Positions 19,787-29,797 of a DNA stretch of 64,000 nt are shown here, in pieces. Position numbers and translations under genes: made by a program. The notes below the pieces were generated by a model. The model made no database searches, was not told the origin of the DNA, and was given only the letters and a program-made list of their open reading frames with translations. The DNA comes from Candidatus Bathyarchaeota archaeon (GTDB lineage: Archaea; Thermoproteota; Bathyarchaeia; Bathyarchaeales; Bathycorpusculaceae): positions 480,001 through 544,000 of the forward strand of contig CAWHXY010000004.1 in NCBI GenBank assembly GCA_963833575.1. The letters run 5' to 3'. The first letter of the stretch is position 1, and each line of letters begins with the position of its first letter.

Positions 19787-20512
19787 ATGCAATTGATTCC
19801 AGCTATTGATTTAATGAATGGCAAAATAGTGCGTTTATCCAAAGGCGACCCAACAACTGCTAAAGTTTATGAGGAAAAATTTGGAACTCCGCTGGAAGCT
19901 GCAAAACGGTGGCGGGATGAAGGCGCAGGAAAACTGCACATTATTGATTTAGACGCTGCTTTTGCTTTGGGCAACAATTATTCGGTTATCGCTGGCATTG
20001 TCGAAAATGTCAAATTACCCATTCAAGTTGGCGGCGGAATACGTAACTATGAGACAGCAGAAAAACTCTTCCAATTAGGCATAACCCAAGTAATCCTGGG
20101 TGCCCTAGCATTTAGCGATCCTTCAGCCGTAGGTAAAATCCGAATGAAATTCGGCATTGATTCAGTGATCGTCGCTTTAGACAACAAGGATGGACAGATA
20201 ATGGTTGAGGGCTGGAAAACCGCCACCGCCATGACCGTTGACGATGCACTTGAAAAGTACAGTCAACTCGGCGTGCACCGTTTCTTGATTACGTCTATAG
20301 CTCAGGATGGAACGCTAAGTGGTCCCGATTTGCATACGTTAAGTGCAGCCACGCTATATCCAAATGCCAAAATTATTGCGGCAGGAGGAATCGGTAGCAT
20401 AGGAGATTTGGTGGCACTTCAAGAAATCGGGGTTGAAGGGGCTGTCATTGGGAAAGCTCTTTACGAAGGAAGATTTACCTTGAAAGAAGCAATTAAGAAA
20501 ATAGGAGTTTAA
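19787..20512 (+). CDS. hisA: ProFAR isomerase
   Basis: IPAIDL..G..VRL, LHIIDLD, QVGGGIR, DGTLSGPD, GKALY. Confidence 0.95.
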   Translation: MQLIPAIDLMNGKIVRLSKGDPTTAKVYEEKFGTPLEAAKRWRDEGAGKLHIIDLDAAFALGNNYSVIAGIVENVKLPIQVGGGIRNYETAEKLFQLGITQVILGALAFSDPSAVGKIRMKFGIDSVIVALDNKDGQIMVEGWKTATAMTVDDALEKYSQLGVHRFLITSIAQDGTLSGPDLHTLSAATLYPNAKIIAAGGIGSIGDLVALQEIGVEGAVIGKALYEGRFTLKEAIKKIGV

Positions 20513-20514
20513 AA

Positions 20515-21318
20515 ATGCCACTTGCAAAACGTATCGTTCCATGCCTCGATGTTGACCACGGAAAAGTTGTCAAATGCATTAACTTTGTGAATCCGAAGTG
20601 TGCAGGCGACCCAGTTGAAATGGCAAAACAATATTCAGACCAAGGCGCTGATGAACTCGTTTTTCTTGACATAACCGCTTCTTCAGAGAAAAGAGATATT
20701 CTACGCGGTGTGGTGGAAGGAGTCGCGAAAGCCATAAGCATACCCTTCACGGTTGGCGGAGGCGTCCGCAACGTATCAGATGCAAGATTGGTTTTGTGCA
20801 GCGGAGCCGACAAAGTTTCAGTTAACACAGCAGCCGTTGAAAACCCCAAAGTGATTACCGAATTAGCCGATGTATTTGGCAGGCAATGTGTGGTTTGCGC
20901 CATTGACGCAAAAAGAAACCGCACGCCAAGCGAAGGCAAAACAATGATTGACACAGCCGAGGGAAAATTGTGGTTTGAAGTTGTAACTTACGGAGGCAGA
21001 AAACCTACAGGAATCGATGCGATAGCGTGGGCACTTCAGAGTGAGAAGCTGGGTGCAGGAGAGTTTCTTGCAACTTCGATGGATAGAGATGGCACAAAAG
21101 ACGGCTACGACATCGAGTTAACACGGGCAATCTCTGAACGCGTAAACGTTCCAATTATCGCAAGCGGCGGTGCAGGAACACCAAAACACCTTCTCGACGT
21201 ATTCACTGAAGGGAAAGCTGATGCGGCGTTGGCAGCTTCAATTTTCCACTATAATCAGTATCCTGTTCCTGTTGTGAAGGATTACCTGCGTAAAGCGGGG
21301 GTGATTATTAGACAATGA
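20515..21318 (+). CDS. hisF: IGP synthase cyclase subunit
   Basis: [46 protein letters not shown]. Confidence 0.95.
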   Translation: MPLAKRIVPCLDVDHGKVVKCINFVNPKCAGDPVEMAKQYSDQGADELVFLDITASSEKRDILRGVVEGVAKAISIPFTVGGGVRNVSDARLVLCSGADKVSVNTAAVENPKVITELADVFGRQCVVCAIDAKRNRTPSEGKTMIDTAEGKLWFEVVTYGGRKPTGIDAIAWALQSEKLGAGEFLATSMDRDGTKDGYDIELTRAISERVNVPIIASGGAGTPKHLLDVFTEGKADAALAASIFHYNQYPVPVVKDYLRKAGVIIRQ

Positions 21319-21656
21319 CAACAAACGAATTACTCGAAAAGCTTGATTTCAAAAAAGGCAACGGACTCATACCCGTAGTTGTTCAAGACGCAAAAACCAA
21401 AGAAATACTCATGCAAGCATACGCGAACCGAGAAGCCGTGGAGAACACGCTCAAAACGGGCAAAGCAACATATTGGAGCCGCAGCAGAAACGAACTTTGG
21501 ATCAAAGGCGAAACATCGGGGCACACCCAAAAAATCATTTCCGTTTCAACTGACTGCGATTACGACTCACTTCTCTATGTAGTAGAGCAGACAGGACCCG
21601 CATGCCACACAGGTGAATACAGTTGTTTTTTCAATGATTTTATGTTAGGATCTTAA
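21315..21656 (+). CDS. hisI: phosphoribosyl-AMP cyclohydrolase
   Basis: YWSRSR..LW.KGETSG, DCDYD, ACHTG..SCF. Confidence 0.95.
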   Translation: MTTNELLEKLDFKKGNGLIPVVVQDAKTKEILMQAYANREAVENTLKTGKATYWSRSRNELWIKGETSGHTQKIISVSTDCDYDSLLYVVEQTGPACHTGEYSCFFNDFMLGS

Positions 21657-21694
21657 GAAAAACTCTTCTAATTTCTTTATCCAATTCGCTCAAG

Positions 21695-21838
21695 TTACTC
21701 GAAAGCTTTCTTGCTTTTAAGAGGCTGCGCGTCGATAACCATTTCGGCGAGAAACTCTCCCCATGTTTTATTCTGTTTCATTAATTCCAAGCATTTTTTA
21801 ACGTCAACTGGAACCGAGATTGTGGCATACTTAACCAA
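21695..21838 (-). pseudogene. truncated VapB/RHH-like antitoxin remnant
   Basis: Manual translation MVKYATISVPVDVKKCLELMKQNKTWGEFLAEMVIDAQPLKSKKAFE*; TISV..VK..L..K...WGEFL pattern resembles archaeal antitoxins; no adjacent PIN toxin. Confidence 0.5.
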
Positions 21839-21964
21839 ATTTACACAGCCTATAACTAAGAACAACTCTTCGCACGCTCCTAAAATATTTTGTTAAACTA
21901 TTGAATAAAGTAGCATTTGAGTTCAGAAAAAGCTTAAGTCTGCGCGGTTCTTTAATAAAGAAGC

Positions 21965-22291
21965 ATGGAAATTCAAATTCAAAAGTTGCCAAAAGTGTTG
22001 AGAAAGAAGGGTGTAGAAGAAAAGTTAGCTAAAATTTGTGAGAAAAATGATATTGCTTTTTTGGCAGTTTTTGGATCTTTTGTTAGAGGCGAACAGAATA
22101 GTAAAAGTGATATTGATATTGCAATAGAGTTTGATAAGACCAAAAGAAAAAGTCTTTTAGATCTTCTTCGGTTTGAAGAAGAATTAAGCAAAGTGTTCAA
22201 GAGAAAAGTAGATCTTGGAGTTTTCAGCAGCTTAAGCCCTTACATCGCAGAAGACGTAAAGAAAGAGATGCTTGTCATCTATGAAAAATGA
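21965..22291 (+). CDS. mntA: MntA minimal nucleotidyltransferase antitoxin
   Basis: VFGSFVRGE....SDIDI, RKVDL. Confidence 0.9.
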   Translation: MEIQIQKLPKVLRKKGVEEKLAKICEKNDIAFLAVFGSFVRGEQNSKSDIDIAIEFDKTKRKSLLDLLRFEEELSKVFKRKVDLGVFSSLSPYIAEDVKKEMLVIYEK

Positions 22292-22628
22292 TAAGATCTA
22301 TCTAAAGCACATTTTAGATGTAATTTCTGACGTTGAGCAGTTTATTCAAGGAGTATCTGAAGAAGAGTTTTTTGGGAACAGAGAGAAACAGTACGCTGTT
22401 TTACGTGCTCTTGAAATAATTGGTGAGGCAACTAAGAATTTGAGCAGCGAACTAAAAGCAAAAAACCCTGATACCGATTGGAAGAATATCGCTGGAATGC
22501 GGGACAAACTTATTCACGCTTATTTTGGTGTGAATCTGCCTTTAGTCTGGGAGACCACCAAAAATGATCTGCCTAAGCTTAAGAAAGTAACACAAAAAAA
22601 GCTTGAAGAACTCAACAAAATTTTGTAG
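22281..22628 (+). CDS. hepT: HepT (DUF86, HEPN) RNase toxin
   Basis: YLKHIL, ALEIIGEA, W..IAGMRDKLIHAYF (Rx4H); overlaps mntA. Confidence 0.9.
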   Translation: MKNDKIYLKHILDVISDVEQFIQGVSEEEFFGNREKQYAVLRALEIIGEATKNLSSELKAKNPDTDWKNIAGMRDKLIHAYFGVNLPLVWETTKNDLPKLKKVTQKKLEELNKIL

Positions 22629-22695
22629 CAAACTCTTGTAGTTAATCCTTTTAACAAAGCACTCTTTCTATTATTTTGAGGATTGTGGAGAAAAT

Positions 22696-23751
22696 ATGTC
22701 ACTTCATGAAGCTATGCTTTATGAAAAGCAAGAAGAAAATAAAGTAAAATGCTGCTTATGTGCCAGACGATGCCTAATCAATGATGATGGGCAAGGGTTT
22801 TGTTTGGTGCGGAAAAATCAAGGCGGGGTGCTTTACTCGCTTAATTATGGTAAGGCTGTGTCGGCGGGCGTTGACCCGATTAGCAAGAAGCCTCTTTCAC
22901 ATTTTAATCCTGGTGCGTTGGTTATGTCTGTGGCGGCGGCTGGCTGTAACTTTCGCTGTCAATTCTGTGACAACTGGATGATTAGCCAAGATAAAGAAAT
23001 CGCTGGCAGACCTTTTTCTCCGGAAGAAGCTGTTAGATCGGCTAAGGCCAGTGATTGTCAAGGAATAAGCTACACCTACACTGAACCGACCATTTTTATG
23101 GAGTACGCTTATGATACTGCTAAGCTTGCTCATGAGGCTGGTTTGTTTAACACTTTTGTTACCAATGGCTACATGACTCCTGAGGCTGTGAGAACGATTG
23201 CGCCGTATTTGGATGCGGCGACAGTTGATTTCAAAGGCGGCGGCGACCCTGACTTCTACAAATCCAGTATGTCTGTGCCAAGCGTTGAACCCATTTATGA
23301 ATCACTAAAAGAACTCAAGTTACACGATGTGCATATTGAAATTACCAATTTGATTGTGCCGAAAACCGGCGATTCCTTGGATAGAATTCGTGCAATGGCA
23401 AAATGGATCAAAAATTACCTTGGAGCAGACACACCGTTTCACCTGTTGCGTTTTCATCCTGAATACAAAATGACAACCATACCAGCAACAAGTGTGAAGG
23501 AGATGGAGCAAGCATTGTTAGTGGCTAAGAACCAGGGCTTAAACTACGTTTACATGGGCAATGTGTCAGGACACGCAGCAGAAAACACCTATTGCCCCAA
23601 ATGCGACACAGCCGTCATAAAACGCAACAACTTCGACATCACACAGTGGAACCTCACAAGCGACATGAAATGCCCCGTCTGCGGAAACCAAATCCCAATA
23701 AAAGGCAAACTATGGCAATCTAACCTGCGATTTCCATACTCGCTATTTTAG
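22696..23751 (+). CDS. amrS: AmmeMemoRadiSam-system radical SAM enzyme
   Basis: C.LC.R.C N-terminus, DPI.KKPL.HF.PG, GCNFRCQFCDN (CxxxCxxC), YTYTEP, RFHP, NTYCPKC. Confidence 0.85.
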   Translation: MSLHEAMLYEKQEENKVKCCLCARRCLINDDGQGFCLVRKNQGGVLYSLNYGKAVSAGVDPISKKPLSHFNPGALVMSVAAAGCNFRCQFCDNWMISQDKEIAGRPFSPEEAVRSAKASDCQGISYTYTEPTIFMEYAYDTAKLAHEAGLFNTFVTNGYMTPEAVRTIAPYLDAATVDFKGGGDPDFYKSSMSVPSVEPIYESLKELKLHDVHIEITNLIVPKTGDSLDRIRAMAKWIKNYLGADTPFHLLRFHPEYKMTTIPATSVKEMEQALLVAKNQGLNYVYMGNVSGHAAENTYCPKCDTAVIKRNNFDITQWNLTSDMKCPVCGNQIPIKGKLWQSNLRFPYSLF

Positions 23752-23756
23752 ACGCA

Positions 23757-23985
23757 ATTTTTTCTTTTGTGTTTTGGGTTGCTTTTCTGATTTAAGGCTT
23801 GAACCAGTTGCAGGTCGATACATTTTTTGACATAATTTGACATAAATTGACACGATTTGACATAATTTGACACTTTGAATTCTTGCGAATTTGAAAAGCT
23901 TGTTTCCAACTGCTTTTTTGAATCAAAGCTTAAATCATCTGCAAATAGGGACATTATTAGACAAAATTAGACAATGTGGTCAACT
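23757..23985 (-). repeat. phased-array repeat locus C (two units), inverted copy of locus B
   Basis: TTGACA at 23827, 23837, 23847, 23857 and 23867; reverse complement is colinear with 4596-4800 except for one missing 10-bp unit. Confidence 0.9.
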
Positions 23986-24055
23986 CAAAAACATGGAGAC
24001 ATCATCAGCATCCCCTTTTTTTGTTTGTGGAAGGTTCTGGCTGAGAAGGCTGACA

Positions 24056-24337
24056 TCATTTAATGAAGTAAAAATACACTAAAAGGAAGCCTTGAATGAT
24101 TAGAAAAATTGGAACTATCATGAATTTGATTTTACGTATTTTGTGCCTAAAAAGCAGCATCCCAGCATAAGCACCAAACGGTCCAAAAAAAGCAATCAAC
24201 AAAAGCCTTGATTCAGGAACCCTCCAACCCCCCTTTTTGCTCCTCAACTTGTCCACTCCAAAGATTGCTAAAGAGACAAAATTTACAATTACTAGGAAAA
24301 TCCACAGCAGCAAAAATTGAATCATATTAATCACCAA
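24056..24337 (-). CDS. DUF1294 membrane protein
   Basis: FGVDK.RS..GGWRVPESRL, GAYAGM.LFRHKIRK. Confidence 0.9.
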   Translation of the reverse strand: MVINMIQFLLLWIFLVIVNFVSLAIFGVDKLRSKKGGWRVPESRLLLIAFFGPFGAYAGMLLFRHKIRKIKFMIVPIFLIIQGFLLVYFYFIK

Positions 24338-24399
24338 TTATCTCGTAACGGAGGTCAAATGAACCGTAATCAAGAAGGCAAGCTAACAGTGGTTTTTGC

Positions 24400-25143
24400 T
24401 CAAACTATCCATCCAGTTGATTGATTTCTCTTAATCACAACTGTTCCCAGTAAAGTTGCTACAAGAATAAAGATGATTAGCAGAATTAAGGTTGGAAACT
24501 CTGGAACAGTAGGCGTTAATGAAGTAGAGCTGGAACTTGCTGGAATTGTTATTGTTTGGATGTTGCTCCAACCGCTTTCTCTAACAGATGCAAAGGGATG
24601 GCCCATTAGCACAAGCCCATTGTAGAGTGGATATTCATAACCTGCATTTGCTTCAACTTGAAAGTCCTCTTGCCCGCCCTCTGGAACATAAAAAGTTGAA
24701 CCCATAATTAGGGTTACGACAGTATAATCTGAAGTTGACGCGAAGACTTCTGTAATAGAATAACCATTAGTCGAAACTGGAGTCCAATCAGCAAAATGTC
24801 CCTTTGTACGTACGCTATAATAGAGTTGGATGACTGTGCCGTTTGGTAAAGTGGTAGAGGTGTATGGCTCATTTTTGATTTTAATGTCGATTGTTTTGTT
24901 CTCCACATATTGACCGCCACTTGTGTGCGTAACCGGTTGCCCTGTAAAGGGGTCAGTTGTTTGGGTTGTAGTTATTGGAGCTTTGTAGGAGCGGTCGACA
25001 TAACTTACAGTAAATTGAGGTACTGACGGTGTAGGTATTGATTGAGCGTTTGCAGGTTTTACCAAAATACTAAGGCTTGAGACTGTCATTATTAGAATCA
25101 GGATTAATGTCAAGCTCTTGCTGATGCTGCCCATGCTTAACAT
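24400..25143 (-). CDS. secreted surface protein with PEF-CTERM sorting signal
   Basis: Signal peptide, SIPTPSVPQFTV, GWSNIQTITI, S/T linker, VPEFP + TM + basic residues. Confidence 0.8.
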   Translation of the reverse strand: MLSMGSISKSLTLILILIMTVSSLSILVKPANAQSIPTPSVPQFTVSYVDRSYKAPITTTQTTDPFTGQPVTHTSGGQYVENKTIDIKIKNEPYTSTTLPNGTVIQLYYSVRTKGHFADWTPVSTNGYSITEVFASTSDYTVVTLIMGSTFYVPEGGQEDFQVEANAGYEYPLYNGLVLMGHPFASVRESGWSNIQTITIPASSSSTSLTPTVPEFPTLILLIIFILVATLLGTVVIKRNQSTGWIV

Positions 25144-25341
25144 TAAGAAACTAAAAGCGATAAAAGGCTATTCGTAAAAGTTCCTTTACTAATTTTAGTC
25201 AAATTTTCTTGACTTAACAGGCTTCTTCCGCTAACTCTTTTTAATCGAACCCGTAGTTCATTTGGTTTGCTAAACAGTGGTGAATTTCGAAATTAGTCTT
25301 ATTAAGGCTGAGCAGAACTGCATTATGAAAGTGTCTAGCTG

Positions 25342-26187
25342 ATGACTAAGTACCTTGCCTTAGCAATAACAACCGATTACTGGAAACCAAAAGAAAACTA
25401 TATAGACAAAATAATCAAGGCTTTGGAAGGCAAAATTGAAAGCAGAGACTTCGTTGTCGTGTCGGAAAAGGCAATTTCAACAGCTCTTGGCAACATGGTT
25501 GATGAAAGCAAAGTTAAACCAAACCAAAACGCAACGTTTATGGGGCGTTTCTGGATGCGACTTGCCTGGGGGTACCCTCTCGGAATATTGAGCCACTTTG
25601 GCCCCCGTCTACTGCACAGATTAAGACAGTACCCCCTTGAATCGGGCAGTCGCCACAAACAAGTAACCCTGCAATACGCGGGTTTTTGGCAAACACTCAT
25701 GTTTGGTTCTGAAGGAGGAATCGACGGCTCCAACCTACCCTACTCATACGTCAGCCTGCCACTAGAAAACTCAGGTGAATTAGCCCAAAAAATTCAAAAG
25801 GAAATTCAGTTAAATCTACAAAAAAGTGTTTGCGTAATAATTGCTGACACCGATAAAACCTACCGGTACAGAAACTTCTTTTTTACTCCAAGACCAAAAC
25901 CCCTCAAAGGCATCCAATCCTTTGGCGGAGCCATCACCTACATTGCTGGTCGGGTTTTTAATTTCAAGAAAAGTTCAACGCCGCTGGCGGTTGCAGGCTG
26001 CAATCTTTCGGCGAGCCAAGCTTTAACCATTACTAACATAGCTGACAAAGCCAGAGGCCCAGGCTCAGGCGCAACCGTTTGGGACATGGCAGCAAGGTTC
26101 AAAGTGGAAATTAACGATGTAACTTGGGAAATGCTGTCAAAAATTAGGCATAAACCGCTAGTTATCGTTAGAAAAAAGGTAGGTTAA
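25342..26187 (+). CDS. CofE-like gamma-glutamyl ligase family protein
   Basis: DFVVVSEKAIS, EGGIDGSN, VIIADTD. Confidence 0.75.
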   Translation: MTKYLALAITTDYWKPKENYIDKIIKALEGKIESRDFVVVSEKAISTALGNMVDESKVKPNQNATFMGRFWMRLAWGYPLGILSHFGPRLLHRLRQYPLESGSRHKQVTLQYAGFWQTLMFGSEGGIDGSNLPYSYVSLPLENSGELAQKIQKEIQLNLQKSVCVIIADTDKTYRYRNFFFTPRPKPLKGIQSFGGAITYIAGRVFNFKKSSTPLAVAGCNLSASQALTITNIADKARGPGSGATVWDMAARFKVEINDVTWEMLSKIRHKPLVIVRKKVG

Positions 26188-26284
26188 ATACAGAAGAAAT
26201 AATAGTTTAGTTGAAAGAAACTTTTTGGATAGTAATACATAAAAACGAGGTTTGAACGCTTTTAGCGGAACGGTGGAATAAGTT

Positions 26285-27790
26285 ATGGAAGAAGCATTAC
26301 AGAAGTTAGACGCATTCTTCAACCCGCGCTCGGTAGCCGTTATCGGTGCCACAAAGAAAGTTGATAAGGCAGGTCACGTTATTTTCAAAAATTTCGCAAG
26401 TAACAAGGAGCGTGGAGTCTTCAAAGGAGAGCTCTATCCTGTTAATCCAGGCGAAGACTCAATCTTAGGTTTCAAATGTTACCACTCACTCTGTAATGTA
26501 CCCGCCGAAGTCGAACTAATTGTTGTCATTATTCCCGCTAAAGCTGTACCTGCCATCATGGAGGAAGCTGTTTCTAAAAAAGTCAAAGCTGCAATCATAA
26601 TCAGCTCAGGCTTCAAAGAAGTTGGAAATGTAGAACTTGAAGAACAAATTGTAAATATTGCCAAAAAAGGCGGAATACGAGTTTTAGGACCCAACTGCTT
26701 AGGAGTCTATTACTCTAAAACGGGAATGGACACCCTGTTCCTACCAGAAACAAAAGTTTTAACAACAGGCGAAGAAGTGGTGGCTACCCCCAGACCCTTA
26801 CCCGGCAACATTGCCATGATCACGCAAAGCGGCGCCTTCGGAGTCGCAGCCCTAGACTACTTGACTGGACGCCAAATGGGCGTCAGCAAATTTGTGAGTT
26901 TCGGAAACAAATGCGACGTCACCGAATCCGACATCCTACACTACATATTACACGACAAAGAAACCAAAGTCATTCTGGTTTATTTGGAAGATGTCAAATC
27001 CGGGCGGGAGTTTCTCAGAATAGCCAAAAAAGTTACGGTTAAAAAACCCGTGGTTGTCATTAAGTCAGGTCGAAGTGAGGCAGGCTCAAGAGCCGCTGCT
27101 TCCCACACAGGTGCAATTGCAGGCTCAGACAAAATTTACGATGCCGCGTTTGTGCAGGGCGGAATTATTCGGGCTCGTGACATGGAGGAGTTTTTTGACA
27201 TCGGTAAAGCGTTAGCGATGCAGCCGCCAGCTATGGGTAAAAACATTGGTATACTTACTGATGCAGGTGGACCAGGCGTCATGACCGTTGACGAATGCGA
27301 AACCTTAGGCTTAACTGTGGACCGTTTCTCCGAGGAAGCAATGCAGAAATTCCAAGAACTCAAAGACCAAAATATCATCTTAAAGATTGCAGCTACCTCG
27401 AACCCCGTGGACCTCACCGGTTCAGTGACAGATGACATGTTTGTAATGGCTGCTGACCTCATGTTCCAAGACACGCAGATCTACGGCATAATCCTTCTCG
27501 GGCTCCATCACATGCCGGGACTCCGAGAGGTGTACATTGATGGTATAGTGAAAGTAGCCTCAAACTACACTAAACCCATCGTGATGTGTGACATCGGCGA
27601 AACAGAAATGGCCCTCTACACACGCACACGCTTCGACAAACTCGGCGTTCCCTCGTTCTCATCACCAGAAGATGCGGCACGCGCCATGCATGCACTAGTG
27701 ACCTATGGCACATACCTAAAAAAAACAAACTGCGCAGATGAATACATCGCATCCATGAAGAAAACAGTCTACACTAACAGTCAACGATAA
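26285..27790 (+). CDS. acdA: ADP-forming acyl-CoA synthetase alpha subunit
   Basis: FNPRSVAVIGA, LGPNCLG, QSGA, SFGN, AAASHTGAIAG, NPVDLTG. Confidence 0.9.
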   Translation: MEEALQKLDAFFNPRSVAVIGATKKVDKAGHVIFKNFASNKERGVFKGELYPVNPGEDSILGFKCYHSLCNVPAEVELIVVIIPAKAVPAIMEEAVSKKVKAAIIISSGFKEVGNVELEEQIVNIAKKGGIRVLGPNCLGVYYSKTGMDTLFLPETKVLTTGEEVVATPRPLPGNIAMITQSGAFGVAALDYLTGRQMGVSKFVSFGNKCDVTESDILHYILHDKETKVILVYLEDVKSGREFLRIAKKVTVKKPVVVIKSGRSEAGSRAAASHTGAIAGSDKIYDAAFVQGGIIRARDMEEFFDIGKALAMQPPAMGKNIGILTDAGGPGVMTVDECETLGLTVDRFSEEAMQKFQELKDQNIILKIAATSNPVDLTGSVTDDMFVMAADLMFQDTQIYGIILLGLHHMPGLREVYIDGIVKVASNYTKPIVMCDIGETEMALYTRTRFDKLGVPSFSSPEDAARAMHALVTYGTYLKKTNCADEYIASMKKTVYTNSQR

Positions 27791-28160
27791 CACTTACTTC
27801 ATCGCCGTCAGCTATTACAAGCCGTTCACGCAAATACGAAGGGGCAATAATCTCTAAAACATCGCTTGGATAACTGGGAACTTCCGGAATTATTATAGCA
27901 CAATCTAAACCCTCTGTGGCTAGTTTGATTAACGTGCATTTGCAGAAGCCCTTTTCTGGGTAAATCTCTAGTTTAGTGGCATTTTCTAGCAATTCTTTTT
28001 GTTTTACGCCCTCTTCAGACAGGCGAATGTTTAAAGTTCCACTATAAGGGACAAAACCGAGTTTTTCTTTTATCTGCCCCTTAACCCATGGCAAATCAAT
28101 AAATTTTCGACCTTCGCCCTTGCCAGAAAAAACAGTCCCTTTAAATATTACTTTATGCAA
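27774..28160 (-). CDS. ribK: CTP-dependent riboflavin kinase
   Basis: GTVFSGKGEG, LGF.PYSGTLN, LEIIAP..LRE.L...DGD. Confidence 0.9.
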   Translation of the reverse strand: MHKVIFKGTVFSGKGEGRKFIDLPWVKGQIKEKLGFVPYSGTLNIRLSEEGVKQKELLENATKLEIYPEKGFCKCTLIKLATEGLDCAIIIPEVPSYPSDVLEIIAPSYLRERLVIADGDEVSVIVDC

Positions 28161-28179
28161 AAAAAAGCCTTCAAGAGGC

Positions 28180-28551
28180 TTAAGCTTTTTGTTCTTTTAG
28201 CCATTTGGCGACGTTTTTGAGAGTAGGATCAGACGATATATCAACGACAGGTACAATCATTTTTTCTTTAGTCTCAATCACCTGCACATACTTTGGCATA
28301 AGCGAGTAACCTACAAAAGTCCAGTAAACCTTGCCGTTTTCTAAAAGTTCTTTAGCTACTACGGCTGTTGAAGCGGGAAGCGGAAAATACAAGAAAACAA
28401 CACCCTCAACCCAGTAAAGCCCAGCTAGTTTGCCGCCTGCTATTACTGATGTGAATCTTGCTATATCTTCAGGCGTGTTGAAAAAGGTCTTTTCCATGAT
28501 AACAATTTTCTTGAAGGGTTCATATGAGATTGATACTTCAGGTTTGCTCAT
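28180..28551 (-). CDS. conserved hypothetical protein
   Basis: Clean 123-aa ORF with ATG and GGTG SD; LYW.EGV.F motif. Confidence 0.7.
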   Translation of the reverse strand: MSKPEVSISYEPFKKIVIMEKTFFNTPEDIARFTSVIAGGKLAGLYWVEGVVFLYFPLPASTAVVAKELLENGKVYWTFVGYSLMPKYVQVIETKEKMIVPVVDISSDPTLKNVAKWLKEQKA

Positions 28552-28681
28552 AACGTTGCACCAATTAGATAGCTATTGTGTCGGCCGTTCCCTTTTAATT
28601 TTGCCATAAGTTTAGAAAAAGTTATACATTAGGCGAACATTAAGCCTAAACTAACACAACATCTTGGAAGGTTTCAGTTTC

Positions 28682-29767
28682 ATGCTCGAAATACGCGTAG
28701 CACTCATAGGCGTTGGCAACAGCGCGTCAGCCTTGATTCAGGGAACTCAATATTATAAGGACACAAAAGAAGACACTACTGTTCCCGGATTAATGCATGT
28801 TAACTATGGTGGCTATCACATTAGCGACATACATTTTGTTGCTGCTTTTGAAGTTAACAAGGACAAGATCGGCAAAGACCTCTCTGAAGCCATTTGGGTC
28901 AAACCTAACTGTTGCGAAAAATTCGCTGATGTACCCAACCTCGGCGTAAAAGTTTCTCCAGCCCCAATCCTAGACGGGGCAGCACCGCACATGCGTGAAA
29001 CTTTCAATGTGTACGACGATAGCAAAACCACCAAAGAAAGCGTCGTCAAAGTTCTCAAAGACGCCAAAACACAGGTCCTCGTAAATTACCTTCCAGTCGG
29101 AAGCCATGATGCGGTCCGATTTTATGCCCAATGTGCTATAGATGCTGGATGCGCTTTTGTTAACTGCATGCCAGAGTTCATTGGTTCAGACAAGTCTATG
29201 GAGTGGCCTAAAAAGTTTGAAGCTGCAGGCTTGCCAGTTTTAGGTGACGACATCAAAAGCCAGGTCGGAGCCACCATCCTTCACCGTACCCTTGTCCGAT
29301 TGTGCCTAGACCGCGGCGCCATCGTAGATGAAACTTATCAGCTAAACCTAGGCGGAGACACAGACTTCCAAAACATGACTGTGGAGAACCGCTTAACCAG
29401 CAAACGCATCAGCAAAACTGAAGCCGTTACAAGCCTGGTTCCCTACAATTTACCAACAAGAATCGGACCCAGCGATTTTGTGCCGTTCCTAAAAAACAAA
29501 AAAATCTGCTATATTTCAATGAAAACCCGCGCTTTTGGCGACCGACCAATCACGATCAGCGCCAAATTGGAAGTTGAGGACTCTCCTAACAGTGCAGGCG
29601 TAGTCATCGACCTTATCCGAGCCGCAAAAATCGCATTGGACCGCAAAATCGCGGGGCAACTTATCAGCATGCCCTCATACGCCTTCAAGCATCCGCCTGT
29701 TCAAGTGCCAGATTCTCAAGCGCGCCAATGGACGGAAGATTGGATAGCAGGCAAAAGAGAACGGTAA
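28682..29767 (+). CDS. ino1: myo-inositol-1-phosphate synthase
   Basis: GVGNSAS, NYLPVGS, GDDIKSQVGAT, QLNLGG.TDF, DSPNSAG. Confidence 0.93.
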   Translation: MLEIRVALIGVGNSASALIQGTQYYKDTKEDTTVPGLMHVNYGGYHISDIHFVAAFEVNKDKIGKDLSEAIWVKPNCCEKFADVPNLGVKVSPAPILDGAAPHMRETFNVYDDSKTTKESVVKVLKDAKTQVLVNYLPVGSHDAVRFYAQCAIDAGCAFVNCMPEFIGSDKSMEWPKKFEAAGLPVLGDDIKSQVGATILHRTLVRLCLDRGAIVDETYQLNLGGDTDFQNMTVENRLTSKRISKTEAVTSLVPYNLPTRIGPSDFVPFLKNKKICYISMKTRAFGDRPITISAKLEVEDSPNSAGVVIDLIRAAKIALDRKIAGQLISMPSYAFKHPPVQVPDSQARQWTEDWIAGKRER

Positions 29768-29797
29768 AAATAAAAAATAAAGCACAAAAAAGCTGCT

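Noticed and set aside
23748-23954. 68-aa ORF over repeat locus C
   Set aside because: Same reason: a by-product of the DNA repeat
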